Under the pieces are notes generated by a model. It saw only the letters and a program-made list of their open reading frames with translations, was not told the DNA's origin and did no database searches. Below are positions 27,246 through 35,997 of a stretch of DNA of 64,000 nucleotides, piece by piece. Location of the stretch: NCBI GenBank assembly GCA_041687695.1, contig JAWLBL010000007.1:96001-160000 (forward strand). The letters run 5' to 3'. The position numbers and the translations under genes were made by a program. Position 1 is the stretch's first letter. Each line of letters opens with the position of its first letter. The stretch is from Myxococcota bacterium (GTDB taxonomy: Bacteria > Myxococcota_A > UBA9042 > PHBI01 > JAWLBL01).

Positions 27246-29621
27246 TCAGCGACAGCCCTGGAAGCGGGACTCGGTCGGCGACTGGCAGAAGATGGGGTCC
27301 TCGAAGAAGTCGTAGTAGCACTTGGTCAGCCAGGTGCCGACCCCGCCGCAGTTGGGCACGGCGCCCATCCAGCCAAGGCTGCCCGAGCACAGGTTCGGGC
27401 AGTCGCCGACCGCGGTGTACTGCTTCTCGGGGGTCTTGTTGCAGTCGTAGTCGAAGCTGCCGTCGCCGCGGTGGGTCGTGAAGAAGGCCGTCTGGTTGGG
27501 ACGCGCGTTGGCGTTGGCGTCGTAGCAGTCGGTGTTGGTCGTCACGTTGTACTTGGTGGCGACGCTCGGCGCGCACAGGCACTGGCTCTTGTCGGGGTCG
27601 CCGAAGCCGTCGAGGTCGCCGTCGTAGTAGTAGGTCGTGCAGCCCGAGGCCCCCGGCTCGTCGATGGAGCCGTCGCAGTTGTCGTCCACGCCGTTGCAGG
27701 CCTCGAACTTGCCCGGGCTGACGGAGCCGTTGTTGTCGTTGCAGTCGCCGCCCTGCGAGGCGTTGTGCTTGCCGACCGGCGCGCACAGGCACTTCTTGTC
27801 GGCGGTGAGGCCGTAGCCGTCGCCGTCGCCGTCGTAGAAGTACATCTTGCAGCCGCCGGCGTTCTCCTCGTCGGTCTGGCCGTCGCAGTCGTCGTCCTTG
27901 CCGTTGCAGTCCTCGGCCGCGCCGGGGTAGGCCTTGGGGTCCATGGGCGCGCAGTCGCTGCCGTTGGGCGTCCCGTCGCCATCGATGTCCGGGTCGACGC
28001 AGTCGGCGACGCCGTCGCCGTCCACGTCTCCGTGGCCCTCGTCGGTCTGCCCGTCGCAGTCGTCGTCGACGCCGTTGCACAGCTCGAGCACGCCGGGGTT
28101 GATGAGCACGTTGCTGTCGTTGCAGTCGAACTGCGCGCCGGTCGCCGTGTACTTGCCGCTGGGCGCGCACAGGCACTTGAACAGCTCGGCGACGCCGTAG
28201 CCGTCGTTGTCGAAGTCGTAGTGCAGCTTGACGCACGCGTCCGAGGCCTCGGGGTCGGTCAGCCCGTCGCAGTCGTCGTCGAACCCGTTGCACGTCTCGA
28301 CGGCGTCGGGGTGGACCGCCGCGTTCTTGTCGTTGCAGTCGCCCTTCTTGGTCGCCGTGAACTTGGTCGCCTCGTCGGGGCCGCACAGGCACTTGGACTC
28401 TTCGGTGCCGAACCCGTCGCCGTCGCCGTCGTAGTAGAAGGTCGTGCACCCCTCGGCCGCCGCCTCGTCCGTCTTGCCGTCGCAGTCGTCGTCCTTGCCG
28501 TTGCAGACCTCGACCGCGTTCGGGTAGGCCAGCGGGTCGGCGTCGTCGCAGTCGCCCGACTTGGCGGCCGTGAAGCCGCCGCCGGGCAGCTTGATGCCCG
28601 GCCCGCACTGGCACTGCGACGCCGCCGCCCCGAAGTCGTCTCCGTCCGCGTCGAAGTACCAGGCGGTGCACCCGATGGCGTCCACCTCGTCGGTCTGCCC
28701 GTCGCAGTCGTCGTCGACGCCGTTGCACGTCTCGGCCGTCGCGGCCTTGCCGGTGCACACCATCTGGCCGCCCTCGCAAGTCTGCGTGCCCGGGCACGTC
28801 CCGTGCTCGCCCTCGATGGAGCACGGCGACCCGGTGACGCCCTCGTCGGTGACCCCGTTGCAGTTGTCGTCCTGTCCGTTGCACACCTCGGCGGCGGCCT
28901 CGGGGCCATCGCAGGCCGTCAGCCCGTCCGGGCCGCAGTGGCGCTGCCCGGCGCACGTCCCGTGCTCGTTGGCCACCGCGCAGCTGGTCGCCATGCCCAG
29001 CGCTCGCCCGGCGCCGTTGCACGCGCACTCGCCGTCATTGGGCACGCACTGCCGCGCCCCCGCCGTCGGGCCCTCGGTCAGCGTCTCGCACGCATAGCCG
29101 GTCGGGCACGGGCTGCCCGTCGCGTCCGAGCAGTCCATCCCGCAGAACGACCCCTGGTCGCCCAAACTCAGGCACAGGTCCTTGCCACCCGCCGTCGCGT
29201 TGCACTCGGCGCTGGTCGTGCACGGCTGGCACAGGTACACGGTCATCGGCACGCACAGGAAGACCACGTCGCCGCCGCCGCCCACGGGCTTGCAGGCGTA
29301 GCCCTCGGGGCACAGGCTCTCGCACAGCTTGGTGCACTGCATGCCCTCGGGCCCTGGGATGCAGTAGCCCGAGTCGCAGTCGTCGCCGGTCACGCAGGGC
29401 GGGAAGTCGGCCGGCGGCTCGCCCGCGTCCGTGTCGTCGCCCGCGCCCAGGTCCCCGGCGCCGTCGGGCGTCTTGGCGTCGACCGCATCGACGCTGGCGT
29501 CGATGGTCCCGAACGGCGTGTCGATGGCCGCGTCTTCGGGCGAGTCCACCCCGGACTCGGAGCAGGCCAGGAGCGACAGGGCGGCGAGCCCTGCGACGAC
29601 GGAGCGAGTGCGCGACATCAT
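27246..29621 (-). CDS. Large Cys/Asp-rich lipoprotein with 7 MopE-related putative metal-binding repeats
   Basis: Lipobox LLA-C; seven E-x-C-N-G-x-D-D-x-C-[DN]-G-x-x-D units; YxDxDGDG[FY]G motifs. Confidence 0.85.
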   Translation of the reverse strand: MMSRTRSVVAGLAALSLLACSESGVDSPEDAAIDTPFGTIDASVDAVDAKTPDGAGDLGAGDDTDAGEPPADFPPCVTGDDCDSGYCIPGPEGMQCTKLCESLCPEGYACKPVGGGGDVVFLCVPMTVYLCQPCTTSAECNATAGGKDLCLSLGDQGSFCGMDCSDATGSPCPTGYACETLTEGPTAGARQCVPNDGECACNGAGRALGMATSCAVANEHGTCAGQRHCGPDGLTACDGPEAAAEVCNGQDDNCNGVTDEGVTGSPCSIEGEHGTCPGTQTCEGGQMVCTGKAATAETCNGVDDDCDGQTDEVDAIGCTAWYFDADGDDFGAAASQCQCGPGIKLPGGGFTAAKSGDCDDADPLAYPNAVEVCNGKDDDCDGKTDEAAAEGCTTFYYDGDGDGFGTEESKCLCGPDEATKFTATKKGDCNDKNAAVHPDAVETCNGFDDDCDGLTDPEASDACVKLHYDFDNDGYGVAELFKCLCAPSGKYTATGAQFDCNDSNVLINPGVLELCNGVDDDCDGQTDEGHGDVDGDGVADCVDPDIDGDGTPNGSDCAPMDPKAYPGAAEDCNGKDDDCDGQTDEENAGGCKMYFYDGDGDGYGLTADKKCLCAPVGKHNASQGGDCNDNNGSVSPGKFEACNGVDDNCDGSIDEPGASGCTTYYYDGDLDGFGDPDKSQCLCAPSVATKYNVTTNTDCYDANANARPNQTAFFTTHRGDGSFDYDCNKTPEKQYTAVGDCPNLCSGSLGWMGAVPNCGGVGTWLTKCYYDFFEDPIFCQSPTESRFQGCR

Positions 29622-29753
29622 GCGTGTCCATCCCGTGCAGGCGTGCAGCGACCGGCGAGGGTCCCCATCCCGAGCGCCGATCAATCGGGCAGTCTAGTCA
29701 CACGCGTCGCGACGAATCCACTGCAATCGGACGTCTCGCGTCGCGCCGCGCGG

Positions 29754-30881
29754 TCAGCCGACCAGCCCGGCGAGCGCCAGCCGCAGCGCGTCCACGGCCG
29801 CGTCCATCGCCACTCCGACGCCCCGGGCCGGCCGCGCCGCCTGCACCCGTCGCAGCGCCGCCGCCAGCCCCGCCACGTCGCCCCGTTCGACCTCGGCGCC
29901 CGACCCCTCGAGCGGCGCGAACCCGGCGCCGCGCGTCGTCGCGACGACGGGCACCCCGATCGCCGCGGCCCGCGCCACCTCCGGCAGCCAGCTCTCGCAC
30001 CACGCCGGCGCGAGCACCGCCGTCACCCCGTCCAGCCCGGTCCGCTCGCGGTCGCTCGCCCGCCGCACCCTCGGACGCCGCAGCAGATCGGCCGGCTCGG
30101 CCCCCTCACCCGGCTGGACGAGCAGCTCCCCGCCCTCGCAGGCCTCGAGCGCCGCCAGCGCCTCGTGCACGCCGTGGCGCGCGGCCGCCGACCCGGCCAG
30201 GAGCCACCGCGGCCCGTCCTCGACGCCCGCCACCGGGGCCCCGGACACGGGCAGCGGCAGGGCCAGCGCCGACGCGCCCTCCGCCGCTCGCAGCGCCCGC
30301 GCCCAGGCGCCGCGCACGAGTACATGGTCGGCCAGCACGCGCTCGGCCTCCTGCTCGGCCACGGTCGCGGCCGCCGCCCGGTGACGCGTCAGGAAGGACG
30401 ACGTCGGATGCGCCCGCGCCGCCGCGTCGAGGTCGGCGTGCAGCTCGCGCATCGACGGCAGGTCCTCGACCAGCACCGCCCCGGCGCCCCGCGCCCGCGC
30501 GGCCGCGAACACCCGCCGCGCGCCGCAGGTGGGCGCGACGACGACCCGGGTCTGCGGCGCGCGCGCGAGCCACGCGTCCGCCAGGCGCCCGACCAGCGCC
30601 CGCGTCGCGAAGCGGCGCCACATGACGCGGTCCACGTCACCGGCCGCCCAATGGGTGACGGCCAGATCGGCCAGCCCCCACAGGGGCACTCGGACCAGCT
30701 CGCCGGGCGCCAGCCGCAGCCGCCGCCGGCGCGGCCCCAGCCCCCAGGGCAGCGCCCAGGGCGCCAGCACCCGCACCTCGCCCGCGCTCCGCGCCGCCTC
30801 GACGACCGGCGCCAGCCACGTCGCCGGCTCGGGGCAGACGACGGCGATCACGGCGCGACGACGGCGCGGCGCCCCGCTCAC
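29754..30881 (-). CDS. Divergent glycosyltransferase (GT-B/GT4-like)
   Basis: GTG start overlapping the VanW stop; EQEAERVLADHV and VLAPAWCESW...GVPVVAT resemble a GT4 C-terminal domain. Confidence 0.6.
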   Translation of the reverse strand: MSGAPRRRRAVIAVVCPEPATWLAPVVEAARSAGEVRVLAPWALPWGLGPRRRRLRLAPGELVRVPLWGLADLAVTHWAAGDVDRVMWRRFATRALVGRLADAWLARAPQTRVVVAPTCGARRVFAAARARGAGAVLVEDLPSMRELHADLDAAARAHPTSSFLTRHRAAAATVAEQEAERVLADHVLVRGAWARALRAAEGASALALPLPVSGAPVAGVEDGPRWLLAGSAAARHGVHEALAALEACEGGELLVQPGEGAEPADLLRRPRVRRASDRERTGLDGVTAVLAPAWCESWLPEVARAAAIGVPVVATTRGAGFAPLEGSGAEVERGDVAGLAAALRRVQAARPARGVGVAMDAAVDALRLALAGLVG

Positions 30882-31771
30882 GTCGCCTCCCGACCCAGCC
30901 GCTCGGGGGCGACGCGCGCGGCGCACGCCGTCTCGCCGCAGGTCAGGCACGTGCGCGCCCGCTCCGGTGGGCTCAGGACGCGCTTGCGGCTCTCGCCGAG
31001 CACCTCGGCCGCCACCAGGTGACCGCTGGCCGCCAACGTGCGTCGCACCAGACGACCCGAGCGCACCAGCCCATCGGACGTCTCCTCGTCGCGCACGGCC
31101 TCGGCGGCGACGACCACCCCTGCCGGCGCCGGCCGGTCCGCATTCACCGTCAACACCAGCGCGTCGCCTTCGATCCGGCAGCCCAACACCGCGTGGCCCT
31201 CGGCCGGCGCGACGCGCAGGTCGACGTGCGGCCAGGCGACCGTCGCGTCGAGCCCCCAGACCTCGCCCGGACCCGCGGGGATGGCCTCGAGCGTGTGCCC
31301 GTGGCGCTCGAGGACGCGCCAGCCGAGCCCGGCCGCCATGGCGAACAGGGCGTTGGAGAGCAGGCACACGCCGCCGCCCAGGGTGGGGACCAGGCAACCG
31401 CCGCGGAACGACAGCCCGTGGACGAAGCCCCGCGCGGCGGTCATGGGCCCCAGCGCGCGCCAGAAGGACAGGGGGCGCCCGGGCGAGGTCCACAGCCCGT
31501 CGAAGGCCGGCGCGGCCAGGGCCAGGTTCGTGCGCTTGCCGGTCTCGAGGCGCGGGTCGGCGTCCGGGTCCTCGCGCCCGATCGCGACGCGGGCGCTCCA
31601 GACCCGGTGGGGCAGGGCGGCGACCGGCGGGGCATGGCGCGGGGCCGGGTAGGCGGCCGGCCGGATCGCCCAGTCGACGAGCCGCCGCGCCTGACGCAGC
31701 GCGACGAGCGCGCGACGTCCTGCCTCGAGGGCGGGGCCGACCGAGCGGCTGGGGTCGTGACGGGGTGACAT
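30878..31771 (-). CDS. VanW family protein
   Basis: K..NL.LAA, SFWRALG, GGGVCLLSNALF, ERHGH, GLDATVAWPHVDLR; C-terminal CLTCGETAC. Confidence 0.85.
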   Translation of the reverse strand: MSPRHDPSRSVGPALEAGRRALVALRQARRLVDWAIRPAAYPAPRHAPPVAALPHRVWSARVAIGREDPDADPRLETGKRTNLALAAPAFDGLWTSPGRPLSFWRALGPMTAARGFVHGLSFRGGCLVPTLGGGVCLLSNALFAMAAGLGWRVLERHGHTLEAIPAGPGEVWGLDATVAWPHVDLRVAPAEGHAVLGCRIEGDALVLTVNADRPAPAGVVVAAEAVRDEETSDGLVRSGRLVRRTLAASGHLVAAEVLGESRKRVLSPPERARTCLTCGETACAARVAPERLGREAT

Positions 31772-31862
31772 GAGCGGGCCTCGCTCGGGGGGACGTCGGG
31801 CCAACGGGCGGGCGCTCGGGGCTGTTCCCCTCCCCGGCGGCGCCCGCTATCCTCCGCCCATC

Positions 31863-32900
31863 ATGGCGTCCCTCTCCACGACCGTCGAGCGCGGCGTCCT
31901 CGCCCTCCTCGCGCCGCTCGATCGGGTCCGCGGGCGCCTGCTGCGGGCGCTCGGCGGGCTCGTCCGGCCGCTCGTGACCGACCGCGCCCTGCGGGTCGCC
32001 GTGGCCGGCAGCGCGGCGGTGGCGGTCTCGTTGTCGCTCACGCTGGCGGCGCCGCTGTGGCTGCTCGCCCTCGGCCCGCTCGTGCTCGGCGTCCCGCACC
32101 TGCTCGCCGACGTGCGCTACCTGGTGGTCCGCCCCGGACATCATCGCCGACGCGCCCTGCGGTGGGCCGTGGGCCTGCCCCTGCTGGTCGCGGCCCTGGG
32201 CGGCGGCTTGCTCGCCGGGCTGACGGCCGCCGCCGGGGCGACCCTGGTCGCTGCCACGTCCACGCGCTGCCGCCTCCTCACCCTCGCGGGCGTCGCGGTC
32301 CTGTTCGTCCTGGCGCTGAGCCTGGGCCGCCAGGCCGACCTGGCCTTCGCGCACCTGCACAACGTCGTCGCCCTGGCGCTCTGGTGGCTCTGGCGCCCCC
32401 GGACCGGCTGGCTCGCCGCCGCGCCCGTGCTCCTGTTCGTGCTGGCCAGCGCCGCGCTCGCCCTCGGCCTCGGCCAGGACGCGCTGTTCGCCGGCGGCCC
32501 GGCCGGCCTCGGCGCCGAGCACCACCTCCTGTCGCTCGCGCCCGACGCCCCCCACCCCTGGGGGCTCCGGCTCGTCCTCCTCTTCGCCTTCGCCCAGTCC
32601 GTCCACTACGCCGTCTGGCTGCGGCTGGTCCCCGACGACGACCGCCCGCGCGCCACGCCCCGCACCTTCGCCGCCTCGTGGCGCGCCCTCGCCGGCGACT
32701 TCGGCCCCTGGCCCCTGGCGCTGACCGCCGCCCTGGCCATCGGCCTGGCCGTCTGGGCCACGCTCGATCTCGCGGCCGCCCGCGACGGCTACTTCCGCAT
32801 GGCCCTGTTCCACGGCCACCTCGAGCTGGCCGCTCTGGCCCTGGTCGTCACCGAGGGCCGCGCGGCCCTGGGCGGCGCCAGCGCGGCGAGGCCCGCTTGA
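31863..32900 (+). CDS. Hypothetical polytopic membrane protein with multiple His motifs
   Basis: LGVPHLLADVRYL, FAHLHN, QSVHY and FHGHLE among hydrophobic helices. Confidence 0.75.
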   Translation: MASLSTTVERGVLALLAPLDRVRGRLLRALGGLVRPLVTDRALRVAVAGSAAVAVSLSLTLAAPLWLLALGPLVLGVPHLLADVRYLVVRPGHHRRRALRWAVGLPLLVAALGGGLLAGLTAAAGATLVAATSTRCRLLTLAGVAVLFVLALSLGRQADLAFAHLHNVVALALWWLWRPRTGWLAAAPVLLFVLASAALALGLGQDALFAGGPAGLGAEHHLLSLAPDAPHPWGLRLVLLFAFAQSVHYAVWLRLVPDDDRPRATPRTFAASWRALAGDFGPWPLALTAALAIGLAVWATLDLAAARDGYFRMALFHGHLELAALALVVTEGRAALGGASAARPA

Positions 32901-33232
32901 GCGCCTGGCTGGCGGCCTTCGCCTTCACGCAGCTCGTCGAGACGCCGCTCTACGTCCTGTGGCCGCTGCGCGACCGTCCGCTCGCTCGGGCGCTGCCGCT
33001 GGCCTTCGCCGCCAGCGCGCTGACCCACCCCATCGTCTGGTTCGTGATGCCCCACCTGGTCCCGGGCGACTATTGGACGATGGTCGCGGTGGCCGAGGTC
33101 TTCGCCGTCACCGCCGAGGCGGGCTGGCTGCGCCTCGTCGGCGTGCGCCGCCCCTGGTTGCCCGCGCTGCTCGTCAACGCCGCCAGCCTGGGCCTGGGCC
33201 TCATGTCACGCTGGGCCTTTGGTTGGCCGTGA
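32897..33232 (+). CDS. Small hypothetical membrane protein (111 aa)
   Basis: TTG start overlapping the previous TGA; about 4 hydrophobic segments with TQLVETP, LTHP, AEVFAVTAE, NAAS. Confidence 0.75.
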   Translation: MSAWLAAFAFTQLVETPLYVLWPLRDRPLARALPLAFAASALTHPIVWFVMPHLVPGDYWTMVAVAEVFAVTAEAGWLRLVGVRRPWLPALLVNAASLGLGLMSRWAFGWP

Positions 33233-33285
33233 CGCCGCGAGCGCGCCCAGGCATGATGCCCCCGCACCACCTCGGAGCCCGCGCC

Positions 33286-33471
33286 ATGCGTCACCTCTTC
33301 GCCGCCCTCCTCACGACGACCCTGCTCCTGAGCGCGCCCCTCGCCCGCGCCGACGTCCCCCCCGAGCCCAAGGACGACGACGGCTGCCTCGGTGGCGGCG
33401 CCAGCGCCCTCCCGGCCGCCGCCGGCCTCGCCGCCCTCATCCTGGTCGTCCGCCGCCGCCGCGACGGCTGA
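33286..33471 (+). CDS. 61-aa secreted microprotein with MYXO-CTERM-like sorting tail
   Basis: GGAG RBS; MRHLFAALLTTTLLLSAPLARA|DVPPEPKDDDG-C-LGGGASA-LPAAAGLAALILVV-RRRRDG. Confidence 0.75.
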   Translation: MRHLFAALLTTTLLLSAPLARADVPPEPKDDDGCLGGGASALPAAAGLAALILVVRRRRDG

Positions 33472-33483
33472 CCCCAGGCGCGC

Positions 33484-34518
33484 TCACTCGGCGGCGGGCT
33501 GCTCCTCGGCCGGGGCGGCGAGGACCCGCGGCCCCGCGGCCGTGATCTCGAGGACGGCCGGGCGGCCGCCGTAGTGCCGCGCCATCCCGACGTCGATGCG
33601 CCAGACCCGCCCGTCGCAGCCCGAGGTGATGCCGTCCTTCTGGATGGTGTGGCCGACCACCAGGCGGCTCGCGCCCAGGGCGCCGAGGGCCTCGGCCAGC
33701 GTGTCGCAGGCGGCGTCGTCGGCGTACAGGCGCGTCCAGACCGGGCTCGAGGGCGTGGCGAGCACCTGCGGCATCGGGCCCTCGTGGCGCATCCAGGCGC
33801 GGGTCTCGGCGTTGAGGCGCCCGAGGCCGTAGGCGACGTGCTCGGGCAGGATCCCGCCGTGCACGAAGACGGTGTCGCCGACCTGCGCGACCACCGGGTG
33901 CTCGGCCAGCTGCACGGCCATCGAACCGCCGGGCAGCAGCGCCGCCATGCGCGCGTGGGCGTGGCGCGGGAAGCGGGCCAGGCGCGGGTCGTCGCCGGAC
34001 GGCGCCTCGTCCTGGTCGTGGAACGAGGTGAAGCCGGCGGGCGTGACGTAGCGCAGGTCGCCTTGCACGTTCATGATCTCGTGGTTGCCGCTCAGGACGA
34101 CGACCTCGCCTCCGGCGGCGCGCGCTTCGGCCCGCAGGCGCGTCAGCAGGGCCAGGATCGCCCGCTCGTCGTCGCCTCGGTCCAGCAGGTCCCCGGTCTG
34201 GACCACCACCAGGGGCCCGCCGATCCAGCGATCGCCTTCGTCGACCGCGCCGGCCAGGCGCAGCGCGCGTCGCAGCGCCTCGAGATCGCCGTGGACGTCG
34301 CCGATGGCGACCAGGCGGGCGGGCGCCGGGCGCGGCTCGAGGCGGGCTTCGGGCCGCTCGGCTCGGGCGGGCGTGGCCCCGGGAGGGGCGGTCTCGGAGG
34401 CGGAGGTCGAGGCCGGGGCCGGTGCAATCGCCGGCGGCGCGGCCGACGAAGGCGTGGCGTCGGTGCGGCAGCCCGCGGCGAGGGCGAGCAGGGCGAGCGC
34501 GGTCACGGTGGCACGCAT
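33484..34518 (-). CDS. Calcineurin-like metallophosphoesterase (Shewanella-like phosphatase type), lipoprotein
   Basis: Lipobox LAAG-C; GDVHGD, GDLLDRG, GNHE, HGG, GHT, IDVG. Confidence 0.88.
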   Translation of the reverse strand: MRATVTALALLALAAGCRTDATPSSAAPPAIAPAPASTSASETAPPGATPARAERPEARLEPRPAPARLVAIGDVHGDLEALRRALRLAGAVDEGDRWIGGPLVVVQTGDLLDRGDDERAILALLTRLRAEARAAGGEVVVLSGNHEIMNVQGDLRYVTPAGFTSFHDQDEAPSGDDPRLARFPRHAHARMAALLPGGSMAVQLAEHPVVAQVGDTVFVHGGILPEHVAYGLGRLNAETRAWMRHEGPMPQVLATPSSPVWTRLYADDAACDTLAEALGALGASRLVVGHTIQKDGITSGCDGRVWRIDVGMARHYGGRPAVLEITAAGPRVLAAPAEEQPAAE

Positions 34519-34647
34519 GGGGGCTCGGGGGCGACGCGCGGAGGACCATCCCTCCGACGCGGGCCAAGCTACGCCAAGCGAGCGGACGACGCGAACGTGG
34601 CGGAACGCCCGGCGCACCGATATCCTGCGCGCCCACCGGAGGACCCC

Positions 34648-35997
34648 ATGCGCAAGTACAGCATCGACACCATCCTGCGCGTGCGCCTCGCCCACCAGCC
34701 GGGGCGCCTCGCGCGCTTCGCCACGGTCGTCGCGCAGGAGGGCGGGCTGCTCGGCGAGATCACGACCGTCCACATCGGCGAGACCGACACCGTCCGCGAC
34801 ATCACCATCGAGACCGAGGACGAGGCCCACACCGAGCGGCTCCTCGACGCGGTGCGCGCCTTGGAGGGCGTCGAGCTGGTCCAGGTCACCGACCGCGTCT
34901 TCGAGCGCCACCGCGGCGGCAAGCTCCACTCGACCAGCAAGGTCGAGCTGCGGCAGATCGCCGACCTCCGCTACATCTACACGCCCGGCGTCGCCCGCGT
35001 CGCCCTGGCCATCGAGGCCGAGCCCGAGCGCGCCTGGGATCTCACCTCGCTCGGCAACTCCGTCGGCATCTTCACCAACGGCTCGCGCGTGCTGGGCCTG
35101 GGCAACATCGGCCCGCTGGCCAGCCTGCCGGTCATGGAGGGCAAGGCCGTCCTGTACGACAAGTTCGCCGGCCTCAGCGCGACGCCTATCCTCATCGACA
35201 CCCTGGACCCGGACGCCTTCATCGAGACGGTCGTGCGCCTCGCCCCGACCTTCGGCGGCATCCACCTCGAGGACATCCGCATCCCCGACTGCTTCCGCAT
35301 CGAGCGCGAGCTCGACGCGCGCCTCGCCAAGCCGGTCATGCACGACGACCAGCACGGGACCGCCACCGTCGCGCTGGCCGCCATCATCAACGCCTGCCGC
35401 CTGACCGGCGTCGACCTCCGCCGCGCCCGCCTGGGCCAGATCGGCCTGGGCGCCGCCGGCAGCGCCATCGCGCGCCTCGCCTCGGCCTACGGCGCGGGCG
35501 ACGTCCTGGTCACCGACCTCTCGGACGAGGCGATGCAGCAGGCCGCCACCTGGGGCGCCCGCCCCGTGCCCCTGCCGCAGCTCATGGCCGAGGCGGACAT
35601 CGTGGTCGCGACGACCGGCCGCCCCGGCCTCATCCGCCCCGAGATGGTGCGCAAGGGCCAGGTCATCTTCGCCCTGTCGAACCCCGAGCCCGAGATCCAC
35701 CCCAAGGAGGCCATGGCCGCCGGGGCCGCCTTCGCGGGCGACGGCCGCTCCATCAACAACGCCCTGGCCTTCCCGGGCATCTTCAAGGGCGCCCTCGAGG
35801 CCCGCAGCCGCTCCATCACCCCCGAGATGCTCATCGCGGCGGCCGAGGTCATCGCCGCCCACGCCGGCCCGGGCGACCTGGTCCCGAGCCCGCTCAACCC
35901 GCGCGTGCACGACGCGGTGCGCATGACCGTCTCGGCCAAGGCGCGCGCGCTGGGGCTGGTCAACACGGCGCGCGCCGCCGGCGGAGGTGCCCAGTGA
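34648..35997 (+). CDS. NAD(P)-dependent malic enzyme with N-terminal ACT domain
   Basis: GGAGG RBS; HQPGRLA ACT-like start; YTPGVA, LGLGNIGP, PVMEGKA, IHLEDI, HDDQHGTA, GLGAAG, FALSNP, NNALAFPGIF. Confidence 0.92.
   Translation: MRKYSIDTILRVRLAHQPGRLARFATVVAQEGGLLGEITTVHIGETDTVRDITIETEDEAHTERLLDAVRALEGVELVQVTDRVFERHRGGKLHSTSKVELRQIADLRYIYTPGVARVALAIEAEPERAWDLTSLGNSVGIFTNGSRVLGLGNIGPLASLPVMEGKAVLYDKFAGLSATPILIDTLDPDAFIETVVRLAPTFGGIHLEDIRIPDCFRIERELDARLAKPVMHDDQHGTATVALAAIINACRLTGVDLRRARLGQIGLGAAGSAIARLASAYGAGDVLVTDLSDEAMQQAATWGARPVPLPQLMAEADIVVATTGRPGLIRPEMVRKGQVIFALSNPEPEIHPKEAMAAGAAFAGDGRSINNALAFPGIFKGALEARSRSITPEMLIAAAEVIAAHAGPGDLVPSPLNPRVHDAVRMTVSAKARALGLVNTARAAGGGAQ

Noticed and set aside
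27471..31022. Very long alternative ORFs (also 38195-42262, 45990-48875, 43400-46027, 18417-21026, 4341-7025)
   Set aside because: Antisense or off-frame shadows of well-supported genes, expected in high-GC DNA; no recognisable motifs
30878..31771. VanW as evidence of vancomycin resistance
   Set aside because: No vanHAX/vanRS genes; VanW-like domains are widespread outside resistance clusters
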